NCBI RefSeq assembly: GCF_001194135.2
Contig: NC_068993.1
Location: 35,750,086 to 35,814,085, forward strand
From: Octopus bimaculoides
Taxonomy: Eukaryota
Length of the DNA: 64,000 nucleotides
Direction of reading: 5' to 3'
Below are positions 28,119-41,772 of the stretch, piece after piece. Each line of letters starts with the position of its first letter. Position 1 is the first letter of the stretch. The position numbers were made by a program, and so were the translations under genes. The notes beneath the pieces are model-generated. The model searched no databases. It saw nothing but the letters and a program-made list of their open reading frames with translations, and was not told where the DNA came from.

Positions 28119-28920
28119 TTAATGATAAGACTAAGAACGTTCCATGCTGACGGTGCCCGCGCAAGTTGAGGAGAATATAGGGCTGAGAGCAAACAAAACA
28201 AAAGAAAACAATACAGAGTGGACATACGAAAGTGAATAAATGCGATTTAAGACGATGGACAAAGACGAAATAAATAAGAAACGAGCAAAATATAGCCTCA
28301 GGGCTAAACAGACAGGAATGATAGGTGACGCTTAGAAGGAGAGAAAACAGTGAGACAGAGATTTTCTTACCGGTCAGCGACGCAACCGGTGTGAAAAAAA
28401 GAAGAGAAAGACAGGAAAGCTGGCTACAGGTCACGTTACAGCAGCAGCCAGAGTATAAAGAGGGTAAGAGAGGGAGTGAGAGAGGTAGAGAGCGCGGCTG
28501 AGAGAAAACAGGCGAATAGATGAAGAGGAAGAACGGAGAAAGGCTAGGAATACAAGAGGGCGACAGAGAAAAAAAGGAAAGTGGAAAGGCTAGAAATAGA
28601 AGTAAGAGGACGAGTGAAAGAAAAGGGAAAAGAGGGAAGGCAAGAAATAGAATCGGATATATATATAAAATTTACTGTTAATACAAGTCAGGGTGCGTTG
28701 CATTCCATTATTTAACAGTATCGCATTCCGTTACTTAACAGCCTTAATGATAAGACTGAGATCTTCACATGCTGGCGGTGCCCGCGAAAGTTGCAGAGAA
28801 TATAGGGCCGAGAGCACTGTATTGTATTGTTTTGTATTGTTTTGTTTTGTTTGCCCTCGGCCCTATCTTCTCCGGAACTTTCGCGGGCACCGCACTATGG
28901 GAAGTTCCAGTCCACTTAGT
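28119..28920. repeat. Unclassified element with direct plus inverted arm copies (Penelope-like architecture)
   Basis: Arm A at 28119-28218 and its direct copy at 28744-28816 share TTAATGATAAGACT...CGGTGCCCGCG.AAGTTG...GAGAATATAGGGC.GAGAGCA. An inverted copy at ~28817-28893 forms a hairpin with the second copy. Confidence 0.7.
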
Positions 28921-29185
28921 TGACAGTAATCCTGCCACGGACCGAAGTCCAATCCAGGTGGGGAATATATACGCCACGGAAACCGGGAAAACGTTCGTAG
29001 GAGACTTTATGACTCAGAANNNNNNNNNNNNNNNNNNNNNNNNNNNNNNNNNNNNNNNNNNNNNNNNNNNNNNNNNNNNNNNNNNNNNNNNNNNNNNNNN
29101 NNNNNNNNNNNNNNNNNNNNNNNNNNNNNNNNNNNNNNNNNNNNNNNNNNNNNNNNNNNNNNNNNNNNNNNNNNNNNNNNNNNNN

Positions 29186-29218
<33 letters not shown>

Positions 29219-29759
29219 GGGGATTATGTGTGTTTGTGTGTGTATGTAGTGTATATTTTACTCATCTATGACATAGTGTTTTACCCATGATTTTCGTCAC
29301 ATATTTCTACGCATAGGGTAGGAGATAAAATGTACACTTATGTTCAGACTTATATTGTTTACTATTTACAGAGATTTTGCGAATTATTAACTGTCACATG
29401 GACGAACAATATTTGTGACGAATGAAAAGAAAACTAGCAGAAATCTTCGATCTGCTGGTATTCGGATCTGCCACATTAAATATCAATGTATTCATTCAGA
29501 ATAAGGCACTGACATTTGCGTGCAAACTGTCTTAAGCATCGACGAAAATCAGATTAACCATGTAGATTCTCTTATTCTTGGTATTGGTTTGGTCTGAGTT
29601 TTATCACACTACCTATGAAAAAAACGTTTCTTTTGTGAGGGTAGATGGGGTTTATTTTCTTGTGACATTTGAAATTTTTTAAAATCGTTTTTGTTCTCAG
29701 CTACAAAGAACGTATCTTGAAAATCTACTGAGAAAAGAAAGTGCCTTGCCAATGAAAAC

Positions 29760-29817
<58 letters not shown>

Positions 29818-32702
29818 GTAGGTTAAACAAATCTGGATTCGAAAATATAAACAAAAAATTAAATATAGTTAGATATAGAAAACTGTCGAAAAAAACCTGA
29901 ACATTCTTAAGATTCTGCAAATTCTTGATATGTAGCATTGTATTATGGCATATATGTAGAATTGTGCTGTACATGGCATATACTGATCGCAATTTGGAAT
30001 CCAGAAACATTTCTTTCGATCTCTTCACACGTTATTGAGTGGCTTTAAATGACTTACTCATTCTCACATACACACGTACAAACATACGCACTCATATGTG
30101 TATGTGAGTATGTACGTGGCGGCGTGTATTAAATGTATATTTTAGTATCATATTCTCTGTGCATGCTTACTTGTGTAAGGAGAAGTTAGCTGCTGCATTA
30201 ACAATGCATTATGAGATGGCCTTAATCGATAATCGTAACTAATATAAAAGGAATTGTATAAATTCGAATATTAAATCTAAATATCTCACCACAAGTTTAT
30301 TGAGCAGTCAATAAGTATTTAAAAAGTTTACGTTAAAGACTATTATTCATAGAATAAAGAAGGGCGGGATATAAAGTTGAATGAGATAGTAGATGGAAAA
30401 ATTTGAGATGGACAAAAGTCGTTAAGAAGGAGTTTTGGACCAGGATGGAAGAGTAGGAAAGATTAAGACGATTGAAAGAAGACTAGTAAGAGGAAGAGAG
30501 AGAGGAGAGCAAATACAGAAAGGTTGAGTGAAGATGAAAGAGGGGTAGGAGGAGATCGAATCATACAAATTGATAGAGAGAGAAAGATGGGCAGGTATGC
30601 TGGAATATCATCTTTTGGAATTAATCGGAGCAATCTTCTATTTCGTAGGATTCTACTAATTACGAATATTCAAGAAGAATACCATAACATTTGGTTTTCC
30701 TATTTTATCATCTATGCTCACATGTGAATACAAAGAAAGAATTTATCAGTTTATTCGTTCTAACAATTAATTTTATGCAACGTTCTCTTAATTGCAATCT
30801 TTGAAAATAAGACTGTGTTATCACAAAACCAAGAGATAATAATAAAGAATTACATCCACGCCACATGATGTAAGAACAGTCATTCAAGTCAATGATTGAA
30901 AACTTATGAAGTCCAAGACAAGCAAAGGCTGAGTTCTTATGACATAAAACAAAAGACTGCATTTTTATATACACAGAGCATACGAAAAGCAAAACCACCT
31001 TCTCTAGGTTAGGAATATCAATATCATTGCCATCAGTGAGTTAACTGATCTTCCCTTACCAGCCAAACAGTAATCAATATGTAAACTTCTGAGTAAATTT
31101 AACATTAATAGAAGTATAGCTCGTAAAAGATTATTTCTATCGAAATTATTCAGAAACGTGGATTTCAGTTAATTACATAGAATTAAATGCGAAAATTGAT
31201 CCACCTTTCAATACATACTAATTACAAGAAGCTGCATTGCGATGGCATCGTACCAATGAACAAATGTATTTCTCATCAGTTTAAAGCCATGAAACTAGAT
31301 CGAATAACCAAATTTGAGTCATTCCGTGTTCTTTTTAGCATTTAAAAATTATTATAAGGTGAAAGAATGTATTTTGTATCAGGAATTACACAAATCCAGC
31401 TCAATCAGTAAAAACAAAATCACAAAAGAAAAGATTTCTTAGTTGATGGGCAGTGTAGAATCGAAAGGGAAAACATTTGGTTGCAAAATAAACTTCACAA
31501 CACAGCTGTAGCCGCTACAGTGCCAGTAGGATGCGTCCTAGAAGCAATTATTACTTTGCAGTTTTCGTGTATAATGTTTCAGCTACTGGTGTACACTGCA
31601 TTATTTCTTCGCCGTCAGTACAGAATACTTGAAAAGTCTATCATCAAATCTGTGAAGAATTTACTCTCATAGATTGAAAGGTTCTATCCTTGAAATTTTT
31701 GCGAAATTACATGAGCTAGCAGAGGTTGGAATTAGTATTTAAAATATAACTACCTGCGCGAGTTTAAACTCCAAACCTTTTATTGACAAAGGTTTCTCTA
31801 GACAAATTAAGATAACAGATTAACGATTACGAGATGCTGTCAATTTCTCACTAGTAAAAATACATTACAAGTTAATCGGAGATTAAGGATGTAAATGAAA
31901 TCTGGAGCTGTCCACAAATTTCTTCATTCTAATAATTTATTATACACGTACAGTAGTACACACGCACACAAATGCATATATATANNNNNNNNNNNNNNNN
32001 NNNNNNNNNNNNNNNNNNNNNNNNNNNNNNNNNNNNNNNNNNNNNNNNNNNNNNNNNNNNNNNNNNNNNNNNNNNNNNNNNNNNNNNNNNNNNNNNNNNN
32101 NNNNNNNNNNNNNNNNNNNNNNNNNNNNNNNNNNNNNNNNNNNNNNNNNNNNNNNNNNNNNNNNNNNNNNNNNNNNNNNNNNNNNNNNNNNNNNNNNNNN
32201 NNNNNNNNNNNNNNNNNNNNNNNNNNNNNNNNNNNNNNNNNNNNNNNNNNNNNNNNNNNNNNNNNNNNNNNNNNNNNNNNNNNNNNNNNNNNNNNNNNNN
32301 NNNNNNNNNNNNNNNNNNNNNNNNNNNNNNNNNNNNNNNNNNNNNNNNNNNNNNNNNNNNNNNNNNNNNNNNNNNNNNNNNNNNNNNNNNNNNNNNNNNN
32401 NNNNNNNNNNNNNNNNNNNNNNNNNNNNNNNNNNNNNNNNNNNNNNNNNNNNNNNNNNNNNNNNNNNNNNNNNNNNNNNNNNNNNNNNNNNNNNNNNNNN
32501 NNNNNNNNNNNNNNNNNNNNNNNNNNNNNNNNNNNNNNNNNNNNNNNNNNNNNNNTATGTGTATAAAGTGGTTACATGCCCGCGGCCATTCGCGTCTGAC
32601 CAGCCGTCTATAAGACTAAGCGTTTTACAGATACTAAACCATTGGTCACTCTATGACTGGCCATGTAATTAACTTCCTGTACACACACACACACACACGC
32701 AC

Positions 32703-32781
<79 letters not shown>

Positions 32782-33231
32782 CGCACAAATCCATTAGCCA
32801 GTACGGAACAAGTAAAGCAGTACTTGAGAGCCTTTCGAAATCCTTCGAGAGTGGTAAGAGGGAAGTGTGAAAGACCTACCACTGCTGCCTAGAGGCATCA
32901 AGAGGCTAGGTGATTTTGTTAAACCAGGTTACAAACAGACCTGGGTTTGATCTCAGAACACAAAACCGGAAAAATTATCGTAAACCATCCCGCTCTACCC
33001 TCTAATTTTTCCGCCATTCTACTTCCCTACAGTAATAATTTCTTTTAGCGACTCTGGAAGGATGTTATATATCTGGATTCGAACGCTGAATGCAATGAAG
33101 TCAAATACTTAATGTACAGTCACCCCCACCCTCCACAGACACGCATTTTATACTTTGTTAGGATGGATGCAGACTATCTAGAAGTTTACTCTCTCGTGCT
33201 ACCGATAACAATAATTTTTTCCTTCATCTCT

Positions 33232-33262
<31 letters not shown>

Positions 33263-33890
33263 GTTACAAGAAAGAGGGTGTGAGAAAAGTGAGTGTCTGA
33301 GAGAGAGAAATAAGTAGAAAAAAGGGGGAAAGAGAGAGGATTTAACAGATGCTATTGGAACAAACAAAAGGTAACTCGATAAAGAAAGCTTGAAGTGAAA
33401 ATAGACAAAAATAAAAATGTCTTTGATTTAAAAAAGAAATTCTTTTCTATCGTTTGGGAAAATTTCTAGAGAGCAAAAAAAAAATTAAATAATTCGATTG
33501 CTGTATTTTTTGCTTATGTGGGGGTGGAGTAGACGGGAGGTTGTTTCTGTAAAAAAAACAACGTTCTGGAATATAATGGCCGTTGTTAGATGGAAACTGA
33601 ATATCCTATTAAAATATTGTTGACATGCACTATACCATACTTACCACAGATCAATAAACACAGCCTCCAGCGAAAGTATTGTGACACTGGGAAGATTGTA
33701 CTGTAAATGTACATAACGTGACTAGCATTTCATGCCTTGTAATTCTTTGTAACACATCGAAAGTTATACCTTGACTTACTTAATCTCACTTACACACACC
33801 GACTCTTTAAAACTAGGTCATCGATCAGATTAAGTGAATATGGAGACTATCCATATCTCTGTATGTCTTTTTTAATTCTCTCTCTTTCTC

Positions 33891-33925
<35 letters not shown>

Positions 33926-36300
33926 TTCTCTTTTATTGCTGTTTTCACTCACTCTCTTTCTCTATACCTACATGTCTGTCTGTAACTATGAATTATATAA
34001 CACACACACACACACATCTACACATACATACATACATACATACATACATACATACACACAATGCTGTAGATTGGCGGAAAAGTAAGAATATCAAACCAGA
34101 TATGTTGCGATATTTGTTCTAGCACTTTGCGATCTGTATTCAGATCCTACCATGGCCTCATTGGGTGGTACACTTAATGTGATACCAAGTTTAACAAAAA
34201 CACCACAACCTAGCACTTTGGGAATGGAGTCCATCCTTTTGGAAGTATTCGGGTGAGGTTTCCAATTTGAGCATAGCTTCTTCCTTCTCGCTCTCCCACG
34301 AATCCTGGGCTTTCAAGATTCTAAAGGGGTCGTGGACAGTCCTTTGTTGCGTGCCCTCAGAAGACCCTTTAGAAGACCGGTGATATTGACGTCATTAATG
34401 TTCCCCTTCAGTCTTCGAGAATGAATATCTACGGAAAAGACTGGAGCAAAGACGAGATTCCAGAGGATCAAGATTCTGAGAAGGAAGAACGGGGAAGGTG
34501 ATTGTATTGTGCCAGTTTATTGTCTATGAAATGATCGAAGTCAGTGACCCAGATCAGCGATAGAAATCACCAAAAGAGTAAACGAATATATCTCACTCTG
34601 CCTCCTCACTCTCTCTCACTTTCTGGATGTATGTTTGTATGTATGTTTGTATGTATGTATGTATGTATGTATGTATGTACGTATGTACGTATGTATGTAT
34701 GTATGTATGTACGTACGTACGTATGTATGTATGTATGTATTATTGTATGTATGCATATGCCTCTTGATGCCAGTACAGAATCCCTGTTCTTTGCTTGTTT
34801 CAATCTATTTCATCCCTCACCCCTTTCACCCTCTAACTCTCGCATTCCCTCCCTACAATCTTGTGTTTCCTTTTATTTATTTGTATCATTTTCCCCTAAT
34901 ATTATTTCACTTTCTTAAACATTTAAGTGTTTCTTCTACAAAACGATTTGATTTTTAGCTGTTAATGTCTGTCGGAAAATGGGAGAAGATGGAGGCAAAG
35001 TGTGTGTGAGAAGAGTACACTTGAAGGTGGATTCACAGATATACGGGAGGTAGTAAAGAGAGAGAAAACGAAAGAAGAAGAAGAAGAAGAAGAAGAAGAA
35101 GAAGAAGAAGAAGAAGAAGAAGAAGAAGAAGAAGAAGAAGAAGAAGAAGAAGAAGAAGAAGNNNNNNNNNNNNNNNNNNNNNNNNNNNNNNNNNNNNNNN
35201 NNNNNNNNNNNNNNNNNNNNNNNNNNNNNNNNNNNNNNNNNNNNNNNNNNNNNNNNNNNNNNNNNNNNNNNNNNNNNNNNNNNNNNNNNNNNNNNNNNNN
35301 NNNNNNNNNNNNNNNNNNNNNNNNNNNNNNNNNNNNNNNNNNNNNNNNNNNNNNNNNNNNNNNNNNNNNNNNNNNNNNNNNNNNNNNNNNNNNNNNNNNN
35401 NNNNNNNNNNNNNNNNNNNNNNNNNNNNNNNNNNNNNNNNNNNNNNNNNNNNNNNNNNNNNNNNNNNNNNNNNNNNNNNNNNNNNNNNNNNNNNNNNNNN
35501 NNNNNNNNNNNNNNNNNNNNNNNNNNNNNNNNNNNNNNNNNNNNNNNNNNNNNNNNNNNNNNNNNNNNNNNNNNNNNNNNNNNNNNNNNNNNNNNNNNNN
35601 NNNNNNNNNNNNNNNNNNNNNNNNNNNNNNNNNNNNNNNNNNNNNNNNNNNNNNNNNNNNNNNNNNNNNNNNNNNNNNNNNNNNNNNNNNNNNNNNNNNN
35701 NNNNNNNNNNNNNNNNNNNNNNNNNNNNNNNNNNNNNNNNNNNNNNNNNNNNNNNNNNNNNNNNNNNNNNNNNNNNCACACATATATAAGCACACACAAA
35801 CGGTCTGTCGCTCATTTATCTATTTTTACAAACCCACACACACATTAACTCAAAAATACAATGACATATGTATGTAGACATGTGAGAAAGAATGTACGTA
35901 TATATATATTTGTGCACGTTTCGTATTGTCATTTGAAGCTATTGATTTTAGATTTCTTTAATTATTGATATTTTATTTTCTCCCGGTACAAATCCATTAA
36001 CATATGCTGAACCGAGGATTCAACGCGATCTGTTAGCAAGGACGCTAACATGAAGAAGCCATGAGGCATGCAAATGAAACAATGAAATGTTCTAGAATGG
36101 ATATATGTATGTGTGAATGTATGTATGTGTGTGAGTGTGTGTTTATGTGTATGTTTGTGGAGAGTAAGATACGCAGATACAGAAAGGAAAATAAATAGAA
36201 GATATTTAAAGCTCAGCAATACTAAAAAGCTCTTTACCACATTCATCTACCTGATTGCATATTATGCCAGTAAACATATTTGCATAATACATTATGTGTG

Positions 36301-36331
<31 letters not shown>

Positions 36332-39300
36332 NNNNNNNNNNNNNNNNNNNNNNNNNNNNNNNNNNNNNNNNNNNNNNNNNNNNNNNNNNNNNNNNNNNNN
36401 NNNNNNNNNNNNNNNNNNNNNNNNNNNNNNNNNNNNNNNNNNNNNNNNNNNNNNNNNNNNNNNNNNNNNNNNNNNNNNNNNNNNNNNNNNNNNNNNNNNN
36501 NNNNNNNNNNNNNNNNNNNNNNNNNNNNNNNNNNNNNNNNNNNNNNNNNNNNNNNNNNNNNNNNNNNNNNNNNNNNNNNNNNNNNNNNNNNNNNNNNNNN
36601 NNNNNNNNNNNNNNNNNNNNNNNNNNNNNNNNNNNNNNNNNNNNNNNNNNNNNNNNNNNNNNNNNNNNNNNNNNNNNNNNNNNNNNNNNNNNNNNNNNNN
36701 NNNNNNNNNNNNNNNNNNNNNNNNNNNNNNNNNNNNNNNNNNNNNNNNNNNNNNNNNNNNNNNNNNNNNNNNNNNNNNNNNNNNNNNNNNNNNNNNNNNN
36801 NNNNNNNNNNNNNNNNNNNNNNNNNNNNNNNNNNNNNNNNNNNNNNNNNNNNNNNNNNNNNNNNNNNNNNNNNNNNNNNNNNNNNNNTATATATATATAT
36901 ATATATATACATACATATATACATACATACATACATACATACATACATACATACATACATACATACATACATACATACATGCATATAGGCAAGGACATAG
37001 CTACATGCGTATTATACTGATGTCACGACTGTGTTCTAGTTTACTCCTCGACTCAGTACCAAATAAACCATGAAAGTAACCTGGAGTTTAAAGTTAAACA
37101 ATTTCATTAATTATCACGCCTTGGTACTTTGTCTGTTGCTAGAAAATACTGTTTGAATTGGCACCGTCACTGCTTTATTTAGAATATTTATCCTAAAAGG
37201 TATTGGGACGTCAAAGGGTCTTTGAAATGTTATTATGACAAACTAAAGAACCAATCAGAAAATATGGGTAATAAACTACGCGTAACAGAAATTACGATAA
37301 CTCCTGCCTACTTCGGCGATGAGAAAGAATAATAACTGGTCTCTCAATCACTTGTGTATCTATCTTCAGTATTATTTTCGAATTCTAAACACACTTTAAT
37401 TCCCCAAAAAGTGGTAACGTATTGCCCAAAACTTGATAAAAGTCTCAATTTCTCTGGCCAAATGCACCGTCAAAAAGTACGACCTGCTCAATATTAGATT
37501 TCTTTGACTGTTCATATCGATGTTTGTGTGAGTGTGTGCCTGTATGGATGGTGTTTGTTTAATACTTGTGTGTGCATCTATGTATCTAAATGATTATGTG
37601 GAGAAGTAGCTGTGTTCGAGTGTGTTTCTGTGTAGTTTCATACAAAACTCGATATTCATCTTATTTTTCATTTGCTCATATAAGAAATTTAAAAAAGAAA
37701 ATCAAAGTTTAGCTAGTTAAAATTTAAATTTACTTTTCTCTGTACGGAAAACGTATCACTGAATATCATTATATACTGCTGTAGGTGTGTTGTCATAGGT
37801 ATATTATCTTTGGTCTGATATCATCGCCATGGAGATATTTTTAATGTGTCGTTCATGTTGAAGCATTAATGTGATAGCGTTCCGTTTTTATATTGATTGA
37901 AAGATATCACTATATGGTGATATCAACCTAGAGTTGATGCAATTACCTTTTTGCTGATTTGACGTCGTAGGAAATTTTATGTTACATATCACATGACATT
38001 TTATGTCATCTGATATAGTTTGTGTAAGCGGTTCATACGATGCTGTTAAAGTGATACAAAGTACATCGATCTTACAGTCGACTGTTATATCCACTCCAGT
38101 GTCATGTGCGTTGTTTTTGATCATTTTATCATATATCATTGTTACGTCTGAGTGATATTTTTTTAAATTTTATAAAGCTTTTTTATATAAGTCACTATCT
38201 TTTGAGGTGGGGCGGAGTTACTGGCCTTTATATAATGGCGGTGACATCAAAACCACAGGTATTTTGAGAAAGATAACCCAAATTTCAAGGAGGTGATGCA
38301 GCATGGCCGCAGTCTAAAGACTGAAAGAAGTTAAAAATAAAAGATAAATCATTGAAATGATCTGCTTTCAAAATTTCAAGTAATCACATGTCCGCTCTTT
38401 ATCTCAGTCTGTTGTAGCATTTAGCAAATAAGGGGTAAATCTTTTCCGGCGTTTAACACGTCTACCACAGTATAACTAATTAAAATACTCTCAATAGTAA
38501 AGAATCAAACGTCTATCATCAGTTCCACAGTACTGTTGCTGCTTATAGCAACAAATTGTGACACCTAGGGGAAGTTACGTGTAGAAAGTCATTTTTGAAG
38601 GACACAGACAGTTGCCGACTCAAATACTGTGAGGATGAATCAAAAGCCAATTTCGACTCTGGTAGGATTTCAACCTTGAACGGATTGTCCCGGGTACTTC
38701 ACTTATAATGTCATGGAAAAATATAATATTGTAAATGATATCGCAAAACTCTTCAGCCCATACTCCAATAATACCATTCATTTGAGTACATTGAGGAATA
38801 TACTTTTAGATGTTATTACAATAATGGTTTGCTACTATGTGAAGCTAAAACAAAATCTTTACGTAAGAGCATTTTGTGAAAACGAATTGGGTGACCAGTA
38901 CCATATTTACCAGAGTTGTTTATAAAAACATGTCCGTTTTTGCTGCAGATGTGTGACCAAAGAGAATATATCAACAGAGCAGTCATATGATTAAAAGTAG
39001 TCCAGTCGTGACATCGTGTCCTTTTAAGCATATCTAATAACACACTTCATAATATATCCTCTCGACCTCTAAGATGATGTTATATGTGTGATTTCAGAGA
39101 GGTTCGATACTATGTACAAGTGCCAGCATCGGTTCAAGAAAAAGACGTTTTTAAAGATTCGTATTTCTAATGAAAACAAAAATAATGGATGCGGTTATAT
39201 TTCAACAGCGTGACCAAGTGTTCATAGGGGAGTTGTTATTTTTGCAACTGATAACTCACCGCTATAGACACTATCATATCATTGTAAAGACAAAGTTATC

Positions 39301-39510
39301 TTACGTAAGGTACATCATCTGTTCACAAGACGTAGTCGCACAGTAAAATATTTGCTTTAAAGCAGACAGTAAGATAACTGTTTTCTTACTTGATTATAAA
39401 GCAGTACAAAGGCAACACAGTTGCAAATGTATGTTGTATGTTAACGGTTAATATTCCTGACACGCTTTCAACGTGGGAAAAATCATTCTGTGTAATTTTG
39501 TTTATTAATG

Positions 39511-39557
<47 letters not shown>

Positions 39558-40366
39558 NNNNNNNNNNNNNNNNNNNNNNNNNNNNNNNNNNNNNNNNNNN
39601 NNNNNNNNNNNNNNNNNNNNNNNNNNNNNNNNNNNNNNNNNNNNNNNNNNNNNNNNNNNNNNNNNNNNNNNNNNNNNNNNNNNNNNNNNNNNNNNNNNNN
39701 NNNNNNNNNNNNNNNNNNNNNNNNNNNNNNNNNNNNNNNNNNNNNNNNNNNNNNNNNNNNNNNNNNNNNNNNNNNNNNNNNNNNNNNNNNNNNNNNNNNN
39801 NNNNNNNNNNNNNNNNNNNNNNNNNNNNNNNNNNNNNNNNNNNNNNNNNNNNNNNNNNNNNNNNNNNNNNNNNNNNNNNNNNNNNNNNNNNNNNNNNNNN
39901 NNNNNNNNNNNNNNNNNNNNNNNNNNNNNNNNNNNNNNNNNNNNNNNNNNNNNNNNNNNNNNNNNNNNNNNNNNNNNNNNNNNNNNNNNNNNNNNNNNNN
40001 NNNNNNNNNNNNNNNNNNNNNNNNNNNNNNNNNNNNNNNNNNNNNNNNNNNNNNNNNNNNNNNNNNNNNNNNNNNNNNNNNNNNNNNNNNNNNNNNNNNN
40101 NNNNNNNNNNNNNNNNNNNNNNNNNNNNNNNNNNNNNNNNNNNNNNNNNNNNNNNNNNNNNNNNNNNNNNNNNNNNNNNNNNNNNNNNNNNNNNNNNNNN
40201 NNNNNNNNNNNNNNNNNNNNNNNNNNNNNNNNNNNNNNNNNNNNNNNNNNNNNNNNNNNNNNNNNNNNNNNNNNNNNNNNNNNNNNNNAGAAAAAGAAAA
40301 ATTAAATTTAAAATTATTTGTTTTAGAGGTCTCTGAAACATTTTGCCCCGTTTCAACTTATGCTCA

Positions 40367-40691
40367 TACACTAGAACGTTGGTTTACCAATTTAACTCGT
40401 TCCTGTAGGCAGTTTGCCACCCGAAACGTTCGTAAACCGAAACTATTTTTTCTATAGGAAATTCAACAGAAGACACGGTGAATTCGAACTGGGGTGTGTA
40501 CTGACTGAAAGCCAGACAGCATCTGATGCTCTCCCGTTTATGTTCCCAGCTTGTCACCATCCATTGTTGCTGGTTTGTGTTTTCGTCATTCGAGATACCG
40601 TTTGTCATCCGAGACGTTTTATGTTCGAAAAATTGTATGTAAACCAATTTGATTGTGATGATAGACGTTCGTAAAGCGAAGTTCCACAGTA
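40367..40691. mobile_element. ~320-bp Tigger/pogo-like MITE with TA flanks
   Basis: TA-CACTAGAACGTTGGTTTACCAA at the left and TTCGTAAAGCGAAGTTCCACAG-TA at the right form a decayed TIR pair. Subterminal GTTCGTAAA(C/G) repeats occur at ~40428 and ~40667. Confidence 0.6.
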
Positions 40692-40960
40692 TTCTTATTA
40701 ATAAAAATGATATTAATATTAATTATGATTTGTAAATTTGGAATAGGCCAGCAGTTTTTGAGAGGATGGGGAGACGATTGCATTGACCCCAGTACTTCAT
40801 CCGAAAGGATGAAAGTTAACCTCGGCGGAATTTGAACTCAGAACATAACCACGGACGAAAAACCGCTAAGAATTTTCTATGGCGAGCTTGACCGTCCTGC
40901 TAGTTCATTGCCATAATAATAATAACAACAACGACATCAATAGTTAATGGCAACATCAAT

Positions 40961-41044
<84 letters not shown>

Positions 41045-41132
41045 GAGCACCACAGCAAACCACAGCACATACCCAAGGCGCACAGAGCTGCGCTCGGTAG
41101 TGAAGTGAAAGCACGTTATAAAAATAAAACTA

Positions 41133-41135
<3 letters not shown>
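41045..41135 (+). mobile_element. 91-bp insert within a pure (AAT)n tract; probable 5'-truncated 3' end of a microsatellite-targeting LINE
   Basis: Unique sequence flanked on both sides by perfect AAT repeats. It contains the hairpin GCGCA-CAGAGC-TGCGC and an A-rich end. Confidence 0.5.
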
Positions 41136-41186
<51 letters not shown>

Positions 41187-41772
41187 TCTTTCTAAGTTTG
41201 TCACAAAGCCAAAAAGATAAGAATGATTTCAAATTTAAGCACAAGGCCAATAATTTTAGAGGAGTGGGTTAGACAGTTAAATTGATCCCAGTAGTTGACT
41301 AGTAATTTATCTTATTGACTGTAAAGAAATGAAATGTATATAATAATCATTTATACACAAAGTGTATATTTACCAGAAATACGAAGAGACAGAAACCTTA
41401 TTCGAGTAGAAAATTATTGTAAAATATCCATTGTGCTTATGGAAATATATTTGTTAAACAGCAATAGAAATCTAGTAAAAAGAGCTACAAAAGGCGAACA
41501 CAACAAAAGAAAATCTCGTTTGTATCTTTAATGAAGACAGAAATACAAAACTGGTCCGGAATTGAGAGACAGTTATGAGGAGAGGGATGAAGAGAAACTC
41601 TGAAAACAATTAAAATGTATGCTAAACATCTATTCCAGATAGTCATGATAGAAGTATGAAGTAAAATGAGTCTGCGTAGAAAACAGGCGAAAATTAAAAC
41701 TGAGCAGTGGGTGGTGGAAATATAAACGAAAGTAGCAGCACTGACTGAGAAAGGCAAGAATGAAAATATAAG

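Noticed and set aside
37888-38139. 83-aa Cys-containing ORF with a faint resemblance to a ZP-domain start
   Set aside because: No convincing acceptor or family motif; the length is compatible with chance.
38816-39043. Minus-strand ORF LLDMLKRTRCHDWTTF, a possible receptor exon 2
   Set aside because: Motif spacing is off by three residues, the only nearby acceptor is weak and phase 1 while the donor is phase 0, and there is an in-frame stop just upstream.
40384-40647. Minus-strand ORF with IVSVYERFGWQT, resembling the iGluR ATD helix-W motif expected in exon 2
   Set aside because: It lies wholly within the Tigger-like MITE, the motif derives from its subterminal repeat, and there are no suitable splice sites.
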